Source: Candidatus Gottesmanbacteria bacterium (GTDB lineage: Bacteria; Patescibacteriota; Microgenomatia; 2-02-FULL-39-11). Taken from it: a stretch of DNA of 64,000 nt. Positions 46,959 through 57,983 of this stretch are shown piece after piece; within the stretch, counting starts at the first letter, position 1, and each line of letters starts with the position of its first letter. The stretch is taken from assembly GCA_016186795.1 (NCBI GenBank), contig JACPKY010000002.1, positions 282,593-346,592 on the forward strand, in the 5' to 3' direction. The notes under the pieces were generated by a model. The model worked only from the letters and a program-made list of their open reading frames with translations, had not been told where the DNA came from and did no database searches. The position numbers and the translations under genes were made by a program.

Positions 46959-48041
46959 TCAAAATCGCGAGCCGATCACAATAGGACTCCTCCTCCTATT
47001 TAGTGCCAGAATAGACGTTAGAATTCCTATATTAATAAACGTGCTCAAGATGGAGCTGCCACCATAGGAAATCAGTGGAAGTGTAATTCCTGTAATAGGA
47101 AGCAGTCCCAGGTTCATACCAATATTGATGATAACTTGAATAAAAAGTTGTGCAAAAAGGCCAAGTGCCAAAAGCCTTCCAAAGGAATCATCGGCATTTT
47201 TTGAAGCTACAAGAAACCTAGATAAAAAAAGGGCATAAAAAGTCAAAACAAGCAGTCCTCCGATAAATCCTAGCTCCTCTACCAAAGATGCAAAAACAAA
47301 ATCAGTATGATACTCGGGAAGAAATAAGAGGTGACTTTGTGTACCCCTCCCTAACCCCAATCCCCAAAGCTGTCCTGACCCAATAGCAATAATTGCCTGC
47401 AATGCGTTGTATCCTGTCCCCGCCGGATCGATTTCAGGATTCAGAAAGGAGAGAATTCTTACTCTTTGATACTCCTTGAGTATTCTCCAAAATAATGGAG
47501 CAAACGCTCCGAGACCTATTGTTCCCAAAAAAACAAATTTGAGTGATAATCCATTCATTATCTCCATAATCAGAAATGTTCCAATGTAAACGATAACGTT
47601 CCCTAAATCTGGCTGCATGAAAATGAGCCCAAGAAAAGGGAGAAGTAACACTGCATGTTTGAAAAAGGAAAAAAGTGTTGTTTTTTTCTCCTTCGAAATA
47701 ATACTTGCAAGAATTATCACAACCAACGGTTTAATAAGCTCGGATGGCTGGATGCGGAATATCCCGACATCGATCCAACGGGTGGAACCTCGTATTGAGG
47801 GAGCAAAAAAGAGGCTTACGAGAAGAAGTAGACTTCCAACATAAAAAACCCATCGAAATCTGGACCATTGCCGATAGTCAATCGTCGCAAACGTAATAAA
47901 TCCAATGATTCCTACGATAATGAAAAGAATGAAGTTACCAACAAGAGTCGGGGAAGTACTGACAAGGACTGCAAATCCTATTCCCAACAGGCTAACCGTT
48001 GCTACAGTAATCCCATAGTCAAAAAAGGATAGGAGATTCAT
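46959..48041 (-). CDS. rodA: SEDS peptidoglycan polymerase RodA
   Basis: QPSE..K, QPDLG, GTQSHL.FLPE.HTDF and GITLPLISYGGSS. Confidence 0.9.
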   Translation of the reverse strand: MNLLSFFDYGITVATVSLLGIGFAVLVSTSPTLVGNFILFIIVGIIGFITFATIDYRQWSRFRWVFYVGSLLLLVSLFFAPSIRGSTRWIDVGIFRIQPSELIKPLVVIILASIISKEKKTTLFSFFKHAVLLLPFLGLIFMQPDLGNVIVYIGTFLIMEIMNGLSLKFVFLGTIGLGAFAPLFWRILKEYQRVRILSFLNPEIDPAGTGYNALQAIIAIGSGQLWGLGLGRGTQSHLLFLPEYHTDFVFASLVEELGFIGGLLVLTFYALFLSRFLVASKNADDSFGRLLALGLFAQLFIQVIINIGMNLGLLPITGITLPLISYGGSSILSTFINIGILTSILALNRRRSPIVIGSRF

Positions 48042-50863
48042 GCAGGTTTTATGGAAAATGTATCTCCTTTTTGAATCTCTGAAGCTACCGTCTCTCGTTT
48101 AATAAGGCCAGTGAATTCCTCAGGCCATGATGGAAGTACTACCACAACTTTCTGATTCAACTTACACTGAGCCTCTTTTCTCTCAATTTGAATCCGGCGA
48201 ATAAGCTCTCGTGCCTCTCCTTCTTTTTTCAAATCTTCTGTGACATGTGTATCAAGGTCAACAACAATTTCATCTCTTCCTATACTCTGCACTACACTCT
48301 TCACATTCACTTCTTGTCCAATAATATCGAGTATCTCCCGTGATATCTGGGAAGGCGATGTAACTTTCAGTGTTTTTAGTGGCTGGCGGACTTTTATCCC
48401 CGTAGCTTTGCGTAGAGCGTGAGTTTTTTCAACAATTTGTCGGGCACGTGTCATTTCATCCTCAAGTTTCGTATCATGGCTCGTATTTTGGTATGCTGGC
48501 CATGTAGTTAGATGCACTGATTCTTCCATAGTCAAATTTCTGTAGATACTTTCTGACAAGAATGGCATAATTGGAGCACTCAGTCTACAAAGCGTTGTTA
48601 ATACCTCAAAACAGGTACCATAGAATGCTTCTTTATCGTGACCGTTGTCAGTAGTTACTCCTACCCTGTCACGACTTCTGCGTATATACCAAGTCGATAG
48701 TTCATCGATAAAAGTTTGAAGGTGAGAAATCGCTCCCACTGTATCATAGCGGTCTAGTCTGTGTGTCATAGTTCTAATTAGTACCTGCAATCGTGAGAAA
48801 ATCCATCTATCAAGAATATGATAGGTCGTCATTTTACTTTTGAGAGTACGAATTTTCTCTCTATCAATCTCATCAACTTCAGCATAGGTTAGAAAGAAAT
48901 TGTATACGTTCCACAAAATAAGCAGCATACCCCGCACTTGATTTCTATACTGCTCCTCAGATATTCGAATATCTTCACCGTGTAAAACGGGCGACCCCAG
49001 AAGGTAAAGCCGGAGTGCATCTCCTCCGTACTTTTGTAAAAGTTGTCTTGGATCCGGATAATTACCATAATTTTTACTCATTTTACGGCCATCTGTCCCT
49101 AGAATGACCCCTTCCACAAGGACGTTTTTGAAAGCTTGCGAACCATAGAGCGCTGCTCCGATTACATGAAGGACATAAAACCATGCGCGTATTTGTCCAG
49201 TATATTCAGCAATAAAATCTGGTGGGAAGAAATTCTCCAACTTTTCCTCTCTTTCAAATGGAAAGTGACGTTCTGCAAATGATGCAGATCCTGCTTCAAT
49301 CCAACTGTCAAGAACTTCTGGCACTCGGAATACCTTCTCCCCACATTTTTTGCATCGAACCGTTATCGTATCAATATCAGGTTTATGAAGGTCGGTAATT
49401 TTTCTTCCTGATGAGTTTTCCAACTCTTGAATGGATCCAGGGACAAATCGTTCTCCACAACGACATTCCCAAACGGGCACGGGGGACCCCCAATACCTGC
49501 TTCGTGATATATTCCAGTCGGGTGCATTTTCAATGCTTTTTTGGAATCGTCCATATTTGAAGTGAGAGGGAAACCAGTGGACGTTCTTATTTGTTTTGTA
49601 CAATAGTGGTTTCAGTTTCTGTATATCGACATACCATGCATCCTGAGGCGCATAGTAGAGCCGTGTATGACACCTCCAGCAAAGGGGCACACTATGAGCG
49701 TATCCCGTATTTTCTTTATAGATAAGGCCACGATTGCCTAGATCCTCCTCTACAAATTTATTGGCTTTCAAGTAGTACATGCCCCCAAAAAGTGGAACCT
49801 CCTTTTTAATGATCCCCTCTTCATCAAGATGCATCTCAATATGAATATTCTCCTTTTGCATGGCTTTTAAATCTTCTTCACCATACGCGGCAATTGTTAC
49901 AACTCCGGTTCCTTCCTCACTAGTTACAAAATCTCCACCAATAACAACAAACGCATTTTTCCCTTTTTCTACCTCGTAGTAGTTATAATGCGGCTCAAAC
50001 TTTTTCCCAACAAGACGGGATCCCTTGAATTGGTCAACAATTTCGTAGGGACCGGGGGTTAGCATGGAAAGAGTAGACTTTGCTAATATGTAATATTCAT
50101 TTTTCTGTTTTACTTTGACGTAGGTTAGTTTTGGATTTACGGAAAGAGCAGGGGTAACAATTTTGTTCCAAGGAGTAGTCGACCAAGCAAGAATATATGT
50201 ATTATTATCTCCAATGAGTTTGTATTTATACGTAGAGGCTGGGTCAGACATGATCTTGTAGTTTTCGCTATCCATCGCAACCTCGAAGTTGGAAATAGGG
50301 GTTGAGCAGTGGGGACAATAAAGTGACACTCGAAGGCCCTTGTAGATAAATCCTTTCTCATACATTGTCTTAAATACCCACATGACCGTCTCCATGTACG
50401 AAAGATCCATTGTTTTGTACGCATGCGTAAAATCAACCCAACGGCCAATGTGGTTAATATACCATTCCCATTCAGAAGAAACTTCAGAAACGTACCGTTT
50501 ACATTCGTTTATAAATTTCTTTATCCCAACTTTTTCCTCGATTTCCCGTTTCGATTTTAGCCCTAAAGAAACTTCAACTTTATTTTCTGCCGGCAGTCCA
50601 TGACAGTCCCACCCCCAAACGCGTCGTACTCTATATCCTTTCATTGTCCAAAACCGAGGAAATACGTCTTTGGGAATACTCGAAAGAAGTGTGCCGTAAT
50701 GCGGCATTCCAGTAATAAAAGGGGGGCCATCAAGGAATGTCCATTTTTTATCATTTGGCCGTGACGTAACTGATTTTTCGAAAATCTTATTTTTTTTCCA
50801 ATAGGATAGGACTTCTTCTTCAAGTTGAGCAAAATTTATTTGCGGAGAAACTGAAGTAAACAT
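48038..50863 (-). CDS. ileS: Isoleucyl-tRNA synthetase (type 2-like)
   Basis: DGPPF..G.PHYG, GWDCHGLP, DWNISRSRYWG, KMSK and WYIRRSR. Confidence 0.95.
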   Translation of the reverse strand: MFTSVSPQINFAQLEEEVLSYWKKNKIFEKSVTSRPNDKKWTFLDGPPFITGMPHYGTLLSSIPKDVFPRFWTMKGYRVRRVWGWDCHGLPAENKVEVSLGLKSKREIEEKVGIKKFINECKRYVSEVSSEWEWYINHIGRWVDFTHAYKTMDLSYMETVMWVFKTMYEKGFIYKGLRVSLYCPHCSTPISNFEVAMDSENYKIMSDPASTYKYKLIGDNNTYILAWSTTPWNKIVTPALSVNPKLTYVKVKQKNEYYILAKSTLSMLTPGPYEIVDQFKGSRLVGKKFEPHYNYYEVEKGKNAFVVIGGDFVTSEEGTGVVTIAAYGEEDLKAMQKENIHIEMHLDEEGIIKKEVPLFGGMYYLKANKFVEEDLGNRGLIYKENTGYAHSVPLCWRCHTRLYYAPQDAWYVDIQKLKPLLYKTNKNVHWFPSHFKYGRFQKSIENAPDWNISRSRYWGSPVPVWECRCGERFVPGSIQELENSSGRKITDLHKPDIDTITVRCKKCGEKVFRVPEVLDSWIEAGSASFAERHFPFEREEKLENFFPPDFIAEYTGQIRAWFYVLHVIGAALYGSQAFKNVLVEGVILGTDGRKMSKNYGNYPDPRQLLQKYGGDALRLYLLGSPVLHGEDIRISEEQYRNQVRGMLLILWNVYNFFLTYAEVDEIDREKIRTLKSKMTTYHILDRWIFSRLQVLIRTMTHRLDRYDTVGAISHLQTFIDELSTWYIRRSRDRVGVTTDNGHDKEAFYGTCFEVLTTLCRLSAPIMPFLSESIYRNLTMEESVHLTTWPAYQNTSHDTKLEDEMTRARQIVEKTHALRKATGIKVRQPLKTLKVTSPSQISREILDIIGQEVNVKSVVQSIGRDEIVVDLDTHVTEDLKKEGEARELIRRIQIERKEAQCKLNQKVVVVLPSWPEEFTGLIKRETVASEIQKGDTFSIKPA

Positions 50864-50910
50864 GTGGCTATTATATCAAAAACACTGCAGAGAAAGTGGG
50901 ACAGGCTATT

Positions 50911-51117
50911 TTAAGGAGATGAATGAGAGTGGTTTGAGGAAAGAGGGAAAATCCGATCACAGACCTCGCAAAGATTTCCAACTTCAAGCGGTTGTCCACG
51001 TTTTGTACATTTTTCCTGGGTACAAACTCTCTTTCCAGCGTTAAACTCGTCTTCAGAAACACCACGCATTTCTGGATGAAATTTGTAACACGTAAAGCAA
51101 ATATACCTTTTTACCAT
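50911..51117 (-). CDS. Small Cys/His-rich hypothetical protein
   Basis: CFTC, C-x4-C and CEVC; starts 6 nt after the ftsZ stop. Confidence 0.65.
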   Translation of the reverse strand: MVKRYICFTCYKFHPEMRGVSEDEFNAGKRVCTQEKCTKRGQPLEVGNLCEVCDRIFPLSSNHSHSSP

Positions 51118-51123
51118 GCACTT

Positions 51124-52227
51124 TTAGTGTTTCCCCTGCCGTAGGAAAGCGGGGATATCCCATTCATCTTCCTCACCACTAATGTTTGGGGGATTTATAC
51201 TATTTCTGGCAAATGTTGTGTCGGTCTTCGGCATTTGCTCTTCTTTCGTTGAAAGCTCTTTCAGTCTCATCTTTGCCTCGTCAAAACCGGTTGCCACAAC
51301 CGTTATTTTAACTTGATCAACCATCTGCTCATCAATTGTTGCACCAAAGATGATATTAGCATCAGGATCGACACTTGCCGCAATGAGTTTGGCGGCATCA
51401 TCTACCTCAGCCATAGTTAAATCAGGTCCACCGGTAATATTAAAAAGTACTCCTTTTGCACCATCAATGGAAAGTTCAAGAAGTGGAGAAGCAATTGCCA
51501 TACGAGCAGCCGTTGCTGCCCGATTTTCCCCAACACCGTTTCCGATTCCCATAAGAGCTGATCCAGCATTATTCATGACAGTCCGAACATCAGCAAAATC
51601 CACATTAATAAGCCCCGGAAGGGTAATAAGGTCTGAGATGCCAGTCACTCCTTGACCAAGAACAGAATCAACAATTTTAAATGCCTCAAGAAGTGTCATT
51701 TTTTTATCAACGACATCAAGGATACGTTGATTTGGAATAACAATAAGCGTATCAACTTTGTCTTTGAGATTTAAAAGACCTTCTTCCGCAGCCATCATTC
51801 TTCGAGCGCCTTCAAAGGCAAAAGGTTTCGTTACAACCGCAACTGTTAAAGCTCCAAGTTCTTTTGCCACCTCAGCAATAATCGGGGCTGCGCCTGTTCC
51901 TGTCCCTCCTCCTTCTCCGCAGGTTAAAAATACCATATCAGTTGATTCAAGTACGTCACGAATCTTATCTCGGGATTCCTCTCCCGCTTGTCTCCCTATT
52001 TCTGGATCTCCTCCTGCTCCTAAACCTTTTGTTAGATCCTCACCAATCTGAATTTTCATTGATGCACCGCAGGTTAAAAGCGCCTGTGCATCGGTATTGA
52101 CACCGATAAAATCGACTCCTTGAACCTGTGATGTCGTTATCATTGTATTGACAGCATTACAACCGCCACCACCAATACCGATGACTTTGATTTTTGCAAA
52201 ACGTGCGATATCAGGTTTAATAAGCAT
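51124..52227 (-). CDS. ftsZ: Cell division protein FtsZ
   Basis: GGGTGTG, INVDFAD and C-terminal DIPAFLR. Confidence 0.98.
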   Translation of the reverse strand: MLIKPDIARFAKIKVIGIGGGGCNAVNTMITTSQVQGVDFIGVNTDAQALLTCGASMKIQIGEDLTKGLGAGGDPEIGRQAGEESRDKIRDVLESTDMVFLTCGEGGGTGTGAAPIIAEVAKELGALTVAVVTKPFAFEGARRMMAAEEGLLNLKDKVDTLIVIPNQRILDVVDKKMTLLEAFKIVDSVLGQGVTGISDLITLPGLINVDFADVRTVMNNAGSALMGIGNGVGENRAATAARMAIASPLLELSIDGAKGVLFNITGGPDLTMAEVDDAAKLIAASVDPDANIIFGATIDEQMVDQVKITVVATGFDEAKMRLKELSTKEEQMPKTDTTFARNSINPPNISGEEDEWDIPAFLRQGKH

Positions 52228-52264
52228 AGGTAATCCTTTCTAGGCAGAATACAATAAGTAGGTG

Positions 52265-53578
52265 TTACGGCAGGAAGGATTTTACAACATCAACAACTTT
52301 TCCTGCTACACCTTGAACAGGAAATTTTCCGACAATTTTTGAGAGTTTATCAAAAGAAAACTTTTCTTTCATCGTAATTCCTGTTTTTGCGCCATAGAGC
52401 ACCAGACCAACTGATGCAGCATAACTTGGTGAGGTAATTTCATCAATAAGTCCTGTTATATTTGTAGGAATGCCGATTCGCACTTGCATCGCAAGATTTC
52501 TTCTTGCTGTTTCAACAATTCCCAGTGTTTCTGCACCTCCACCTGTTACGACAAGTCCTGCAGGGGTGAGTCCTCCAAATCCACTTTTTTTAATTTCTAA
52601 ACCGATCATAGTAAATATTTCGTTGAGACGTGGCCGAATAATTCCTTCAATAAGGGTTTTCCGTGATATCTTCGTCAACCCTTCTGGTAAGTGAAGTTTG
52701 GATACATCAACCTCATCGTGCGTATCATCCTTGATCTTATGTTTTTTTTCATTCGGTGTAACTGTAACCTCAGGGACTATCACTTCCTGCTCTTTTTGGT
52801 TGAGAAGAAGTTTAATTTTTTCTGCACTTTCTAGGGAGATTCGAAGCCCAATTGCCAAATCATTTGTTATATTTCGAGCCCCAACAGGAAGCACAGACGA
52901 ATACGCAAGAGATCCTTCAACCCACATGCAGATGTCGGTTGTCCCTCCTCCAAGATCAGCTAAGATTACTCCAAGTTCTTTTTCTGTTTCAGTCAATACC
53001 GATGTACTTGAAGCAAGACCTCCAAATACAAATCCATCGACATCAACTCCGACAAGGGATGCACATTTCTCAAGATTGCGAAGGGCTGTACTGACTGCGG
53101 TAATAATATGGGTATTTACTTCAAGTCGAACACCGGTCATACCAACTGGATCTTTTATCCCTTCTTGCGAATCAACAATAAATTCCCGTGGAAGAACATG
53201 CAGCACCTCTCGTGTTGAGGGAAGATTGATTGCTCGAGCTGCATCAACTGCACGTTTTACATCGTCGAACGTAATTTCTTTCTGTGGTTCGGAAACAGCA
53301 ACCACTCCGTGTGAATTCTGCGACATAATATGTGATCCCCCTACGGAAAGAAATGTTGAGGAGATTGAATATCCGGCCATCCGTTCTGCCGCTTCTAAGC
53401 TTTCAACAATTGCACCTGTTGCCTCTTCAATATCAACTATTTGGCCCTTCCGAACACCTCGACTGACAACTGTTGCTACTCCCATCACATTCACACTTCC
53501 TTCTTCAGTCACAGAAGCTATAATCGTAGTAATTTTTGAAGTTCCGATGTCGATGCCTGCAACTATTTTTTTATTCAT
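52265..53578 (-). CDS. ftsA: Cell division protein FtsA
   Basis: DIGTSKI, DLGGGTT and VTGGG. Confidence 0.97.
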   Translation of the reverse strand: MNKKIVAGIDIGTSKITTIIASVTEEGSVNVMGVATVVSRGVRKGQIVDIEEATGAIVESLEAAERMAGYSISSTFLSVGGSHIMSQNSHGVVAVSEPQKEITFDDVKRAVDAARAINLPSTREVLHVLPREFIVDSQEGIKDPVGMTGVRLEVNTHIITAVSTALRNLEKCASLVGVDVDGFVFGGLASSTSVLTETEKELGVILADLGGGTTDICMWVEGSLAYSSVLPVGARNITNDLAIGLRISLESAEKIKLLLNQKEQEVIVPEVTVTPNEKKHKIKDDTHDEVDVSKLHLPEGLTKISRKTLIEGIIRPRLNEIFTMIGLEIKKSGFGGLTPAGLVVTGGGAETLGIVETARRNLAMQVRIGIPTNITGLIDEITSPSYAASVGLVLYGAKTGITMKEKFSFDKLSKIVGKFPVQGVAGKVVDVVKSFLP

Positions 53579-53589
53579 AGGCCAATAAG

Positions 53590-54303
53590 TTAAAGAGGTG
53601 AGGAAATTTTTTCTCCATTTGACAATATGACAATAGGTTTATCAAAACGAAAATCGATACTCTCCACAGTTTTCCCATCTATTCTAAACCGACTGGTAAT
53701 TATTTGTAAAGAGGTAGAGGTAATCTCTGGTATAGATTCATATGGTACGATCCATTTCATACCGTTTTCCGAATAGAACGTATATGAACGGATTGAATCA
53801 TCAACCACAATTCGATCAATAAATATACTCTTTTGGGAATAGCTATCCATAAATTTAATAGCTTTTCCAATTCGCCAATCAGCTTGACTATACTCAAACA
53901 GAGGGAGCATGGGAGCTTCAATCTTCGGATACTGGGCAGAATCATCAGATTTTCCTAGAACAAATCCCAGGGCATCTATTTGGTAATACCCATCATTTGC
54001 TACCACAACTGCTCTTGGACTACGTGTGTCCGCGCGAATAACAACTGTTTCTGGATAATGGAGTTCTATTTGGACAGATTCAATAAACGGATTATCGGAA
54101 ATAATTGTATGGGAAATTTCAGACGACTTGAGAAGTAGAAGATTTTTGCCTATTATTTTTCCAATGTTTCTCAACGGATATAGACGCGTGACAACAATTA
54201 CTTTTTTTACACGATACGCGCCAAATATGTAAACAGAAATTCCTCCAAAAAGTATAAGTGCGAGAAGTAAAAAAAATCTACTAATCCTTGCAAATCGCGT
54301 CAT
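53590..54303 (-). CDS. ftsQ: FtsQ/DivIB-like protein
   Basis: N-terminal TM, POTRA-like region, C-terminal IDFRF; lies between murG and ftsA. Confidence 0.8.
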   Translation of the reverse strand: MTRFARISRFFLLLALILFGGISVYIFGAYRVKKVIVVTRLYPLRNIGKIIGKNLLLLKSSEISHTIISDNPFIESVQIELHYPETVVIRADTRSPRAVVVANDGYYQIDALGFVLGKSDDSAQYPKIEAPMLPLFEYSQADWRIGKAIKFMDSYSQKSIFIDRIVVDDSIRSYTFYSENGMKWIVPYESIPEITSTSLQIITSRFRIDGKTVESIDFRFDKPIVILSNGEKISSPL

Positions 54304-55433
54304 GTCGTTTCTCCCAGTACAAGAGTACTGATATGATTCAAGACGTTCTTTGCTGCGTTTCGTAAACTAGTTTGTTCCTTCTTCGGAAAACGAGACTTAT
54401 AGAATTCAAGTTCAACGGAAAGACGTTCTATTTGTTCAAGAAGTGTATCAGAGCTAAGATTTTTTTGAGGAAGTACTATTGCCACACCCAAGTCGACGAG
54501 ATACTTCGCATTTCTTTCTTGTTCTTTTCCTCCTGCCCAAGGAAGAGGAATCAAAATTGCAGGTGTTGCGGAAGCTAAGAGCTCTGTCACGGTATTTGCC
54601 CCAGCTCTCCCTATAACAAGATGAGCTGATCGCAAAACCACTCCAACACTTCCTGGATCAATCGATTGAACAACACGGTAGTTTTGCGAAGTTGCAGACG
54701 GGAGTTTTTCTCTCATTTGTTTCAGTCTTTTGTAATCAATACTATTTTGACTCCCGCCACATTGGTGAAGGATGCGAAATTTTTGGCAGAGTGTTGCAAT
54801 AAGAGGCTCTACCAAACGATTGATTGTCTGTGATCCAATACTGCCCCCGGTCACGTAAAGAATTGGTAATCTCCTATTACCAAACGACAAAAGTGAAGTG
54901 GAAGTATCAGCAAAAAAAGATTCACGTAACAAATTTCCGGAAACTATCGTTTTAACACCATCTGGAATAGATTCTGTATCTTCCCAACTTAGAAATATCA
55001 GTTTGGCAAAATAAGAAACGACTCTATTTGTGAGTCCGAGTACATGTGTTTGCTCATGCACCACAACCGGAATTCGGAGAAGAAATGCTGCGAAACATAC
55101 TGGCAGTGCAACATACCCACCGAAAGAAATAACAACCGAAGGACGAACCCGCAGGAGAAAGTAAAGACTGACAAAAATCGAAAAAGGTAATTGAGCAAAG
55201 GATAAAATATTGCGAAGGGTTATAAAACGCGATAGTCTTTCTGCAGGAATAGCATAGAATGGAATTCTTTGCCTTTTCATGACCATATATTCCAACGATG
55301 GAACGGTATCACCTTCAAGGGCCTTATATCGGCCAAAATAGGCAAGCTGAAATTTCCGGTCCTTTTGAATTTCTTCACAAAGCGCGAGCGCCGGCGTTAG
55401 ATGCCCTCCACAGAGAACAATTGTTTTTGCCAT
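54300..55433 (-). CDS. murG: Lipid II GlcNAc transferase
   Basis: GGHLTPA, FGGYV, HEQ, GGSIGS, RAGA and EQERNA. Confidence 0.95.
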   Translation of the reverse strand: MAKTIVLCGGHLTPALALCEEIQKDRKFQLAYFGRYKALEGDTVPSLEYMVMKRQRIPFYAIPAERLSRFITLRNILSFAQLPFSIFVSLYFLLRVRPSVVISFGGYVALPVCFAAFLLRIPVVVHEQTHVLGLTNRVVSYFAKLIFLSWEDTESIPDGVKTIVSGNLLRESFFADTSTSLLSFGNRRLPILYVTGGSIGSQTINRLVEPLIATLCQKFRILHQCGGSQNSIDYKRLKQMREKLPSATSQNYRVVQSIDPGSVGVVLRSAHLVIGRAGANTVTELLASATPAILIPLPWAGGKEQERNAKYLVDLGVAIVLPQKNLSSDTLLEQIERLSVELEFYKSRFPKKEQTSLRNAAKNVLNHISTLVLGETT

Positions 55434-56546
55434 TTATTTTCGAAGGGAAGAATTCTTGCTGACGTTTATAATTATTCCGGTTGCAATTAACGAGACAATT
55501 AGATTTGAACCCCCGTAAGAGATAAACGGTAATGGCACCCCTGTAAGAGGAAATAACGCAACAATTGCGCCAAGATTTATACCAACCTGACAACCAAGGA
55601 GAGCAAGTAGTCCGCCAGCCAGTAAAAATCCGTGTTTATCACGGGCATTTTTGGCAACTCGGGCAATTTTGTAAAGGAGAATCGCGTAAATAAATATCAA
55701 AACAATTGCGCCTATGTAACCAAATTCCTCGCCAATGATTGCAAATATAGAATCGGTAGTAGCTTCTGGTAAAAACTGGTATTTTTGCCGGGAGGCACCC
55801 AACCCCATACCAAATAGTCCCCCGGACCCGAGTGATATAAGTATTTGCCGAATATGGTAGGACGCCCCAAGTGGATCACCCTCTGGGTTGAAAAATGTCG
55901 TTAATCGTTGCATGCGGTACGGCGAGGAGATAGCAAAAAGAACTCCCACGGCAACGACTGAGGGTATAAGGATAGCAAAATGAAAAAGGGGTGCTCCAGA
56001 TAAAAAGTACACAATTATTGCAATACTGGTAAGGATGATAGCGGTACCAAGGTCTGGCTCAATGATAACAAGACCCACAATCATACCGATTAAGAGAAGG
56101 AACGGTCCCAAGCGTTCTTTCTCTTTTGAAGAAAACCATGCAGAGAGATAAAGAACAAGAGAGAGCTTTGCTAACTCTGCGGGTTGGAAATTAAATGATC
56201 CGAGACTGATCCACCGATGTGCACCCAACGCCTTGATACCAATTCCGGGAATAAATACCGCCATGAGTGAGACAAGAGTAAATATAAGGAGAACCAACGA
56301 CCATCGGTAATAGTTCTTATAAGGAATAAAAGAAGTTACGATCATCCCTGCGGTTCCTACTAAAAAATAAATACTCTGATCTCTGATGTAGTGATATTTA
56401 TCATTAAAATCTTTAAATGCGGATACGTTCGAGGATTCAAAGATCATCAAAAGTCCGAAAAGACTCAAAAGCACAACGAGGAGAATGATACTGTAATCTG
56501 CCCGCTGCAATGATTGCAGCCGTATTTGGGATCTTAACTTTTTCAT
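55434..56546 (-). CDS. ftsW: SEDS protein FtsW
   Basis: QPAELAK, EPDLG, SRQKYQFLPEA.TD and GVPLPFISYGGS. Confidence 0.93.
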   Translation of the reverse strand: MKKLRSQIRLQSLQRADYSIILLVVLLSLFGLLMIFESSNVSAFKDFNDKYHYIRDQSIYFLVGTAGMIVTSFIPYKNYYRWSLVLLIFTLVSLMAVFIPGIGIKALGAHRWISLGSFNFQPAELAKLSLVLYLSAWFSSKEKERLGPFLLLIGMIVGLVIIEPDLGTAIILTSIAIIVYFLSGAPLFHFAILIPSVVAVGVLFAISSPYRMQRLTTFFNPEGDPLGASYHIRQILISLGSGGLFGMGLGASRQKYQFLPEATTDSIFAIIGEEFGYIGAIVLIFIYAILLYKIARVAKNARDKHGFLLAGGLLALLGCQVGINLGAIVALFPLTGVPLPFISYGGSNLIVSLIATGIIINVSKNSSLRK

Positions 56547-56550
56547 AGAA

Positions 56551-57588
56551 TCAGGATAAGAATGCTAACCAAAGACCAAGGAGGGAAAGCACAATACTAG
56601 CAAGCCAAGCTCGAAAAACGACCGTTGATTCTAACCATCCACGTTCCTGCAACCAAAGGTGAAACGGTGCCACCCGCATGAGTTTTTTCCCACGGTATTT
56701 TTTGCTCACTAGTTGTAAAAATGAAGAAGTCACTTCAATGACAAAAAATCCACCGATAATAATGAGCGAGAAGACTTTTCCCAATAAAAGTCCAATTATG
56801 GCAAATGTTGCCCCAAAAGATAAAGCGCCGACATCACCGAGAAAGATTCTCGCTGGATATACATTAAAGTACAAGAATGCAATAAGTCCTCCAAGCCAAG
56901 CAGCAATAAAAAGAGCAATTGGAGTATCCAAAATTGCATGGGATATAACCCAAAATGCACAAAGAGCAATAAAAAGTACTCCTGAGGCTAGTCCGTCAAG
57001 ACCATCGGTGATATTATATGCGTTTGCAAAAGAAACAATTACAAATGCGGCGAAAGGAATATAAAAAATACCAAGATTGACCACACCAAGAAACGGAATA
57101 TGGATGATATCGATCTTCAATTCTGAGTAAAGCCAAAAAGCAGCGACAGAAGCAAGAATTACTTCGAGAATTAATTTGTGGCGAAGCCTCATACCAAAGA
57201 ATTTCTCGCCCGTTCCAAAAAATACTTTCTTAATATCATCATAGAGACCAATGAAAGAAAATGAAATGAATGTAAAAATGAGAATTTTTATTTCACTTCC
57301 AATATTGGTATAAACAGAGGTGATCGGAATCCAAAAATAATACAAGATAGGAAATGATAGAAAAAAAAGAAACGTTGTTGTAATAACCAAAAGGAGTCCT
57401 CCTCCAAGTGGAGTCCCCGCCTTCAACTTATGGAGAGCATCAAAAATTGGAGTCGGGATATTGAAGGCATCCTTTGTCTTTTGCTTCTGTCTTTCAAATT
57501 TCATCTTATATACTATGTGGATAAACGGAATAAGTAATATGCCGTTTATGAAAAAAGAGGCAAGTAAAAGTGACAATATTAGGCTCAT
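56551..57588 (-). CDS. mraY: Phospho-MurNAc-pentapeptide transferase
   Basis: KAGTPLGGG, YDD, NITDGLDGL, FLGDVG and APFH; start trimmed to MSLILS. Confidence 0.95.
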   Translation of the reverse strand: MSLILSLLLASFFINGILLIPFIHIVYKMKFERQKQKTKDAFNIPTPIFDALHKLKAGTPLGGGLLLVITTTFLFFLSFPILYYFWIPITSVYTNIGSEIKILIFTFISFSFIGLYDDIKKVFFGTGEKFFGMRLRHKLILEVILASVAAFWLYSELKIDIIHIPFLGVVNLGIFYIPFAAFVIVSFANAYNITDGLDGLASGVLFIALCAFWVISHAILDTPIALFIAAWLGGLIAFLYFNVYPARIFLGDVGALSFGATFAIIGLLLGKVFSLIIIGGFFVIEVTSSFLQLVSKKYRGKKLMRVAPFHLWLQERGWLESTVVFRAWLASIVLSLLGLWLAFLS

Positions 57589-57614
57589 AAAGTAGTTATT
57601 CCTTTCGCCCAAAT

Positions 57615-57977
57615 TCAACCTGTAAGTTGCGGAATAAAAATATACGCTGCAACGATAACGCTCCCTATTGCTGTGATAAGCATCATTCCTGCGGAGACGT
57701 CTTTCGCAATTTTTGCATCCTGGTGGTATTGCCTCGTTATGAGATCTGTCATTGCTTCGATGGAAGTATTTATCATTTCCGCGGTAAGTCCTAGTATAAC
57801 TGTAAAAACAATTACAATCATCTCGAGTCTTGATATCTGAAGGTAAATTCCAGCCCAAAGTGCAATAGCGGAAAGAGAAAAATGGATGAGAAAATTTGGT
57901 TGTGTCGTAAATGCCCAAAGAATACCGTTCACTGCGTTCGTAAAGGATATGTGATGATGTCTCAGTCGCTTAAACAT
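57615..57977 (-). CDS. dgkA: Diacylglycerol/undecaprenol kinase
   Basis: QPNFLIH, EMINTSIE and AKIAKDVSAG. Confidence 0.92.
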   Translation of the reverse strand: MFKRLRHHHISFTNAVNGILWAFTTQPNFLIHFSLSAIALWAGIYLQISRLEMIVIVFTVILGLTAEMINTSIEAMTDLITRQYHQDAKIAKDVSAGMMLITAIGSVIVAAYIFIPQLTG

Positions 57978-57983
57978 AGGATA

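Noticed and set aside
52698-53588. 296-aa plus-strand ORF
   Set aside because: Antisense shadow of ftsA; Ser/Thr-rich mirror composition and no motifs.
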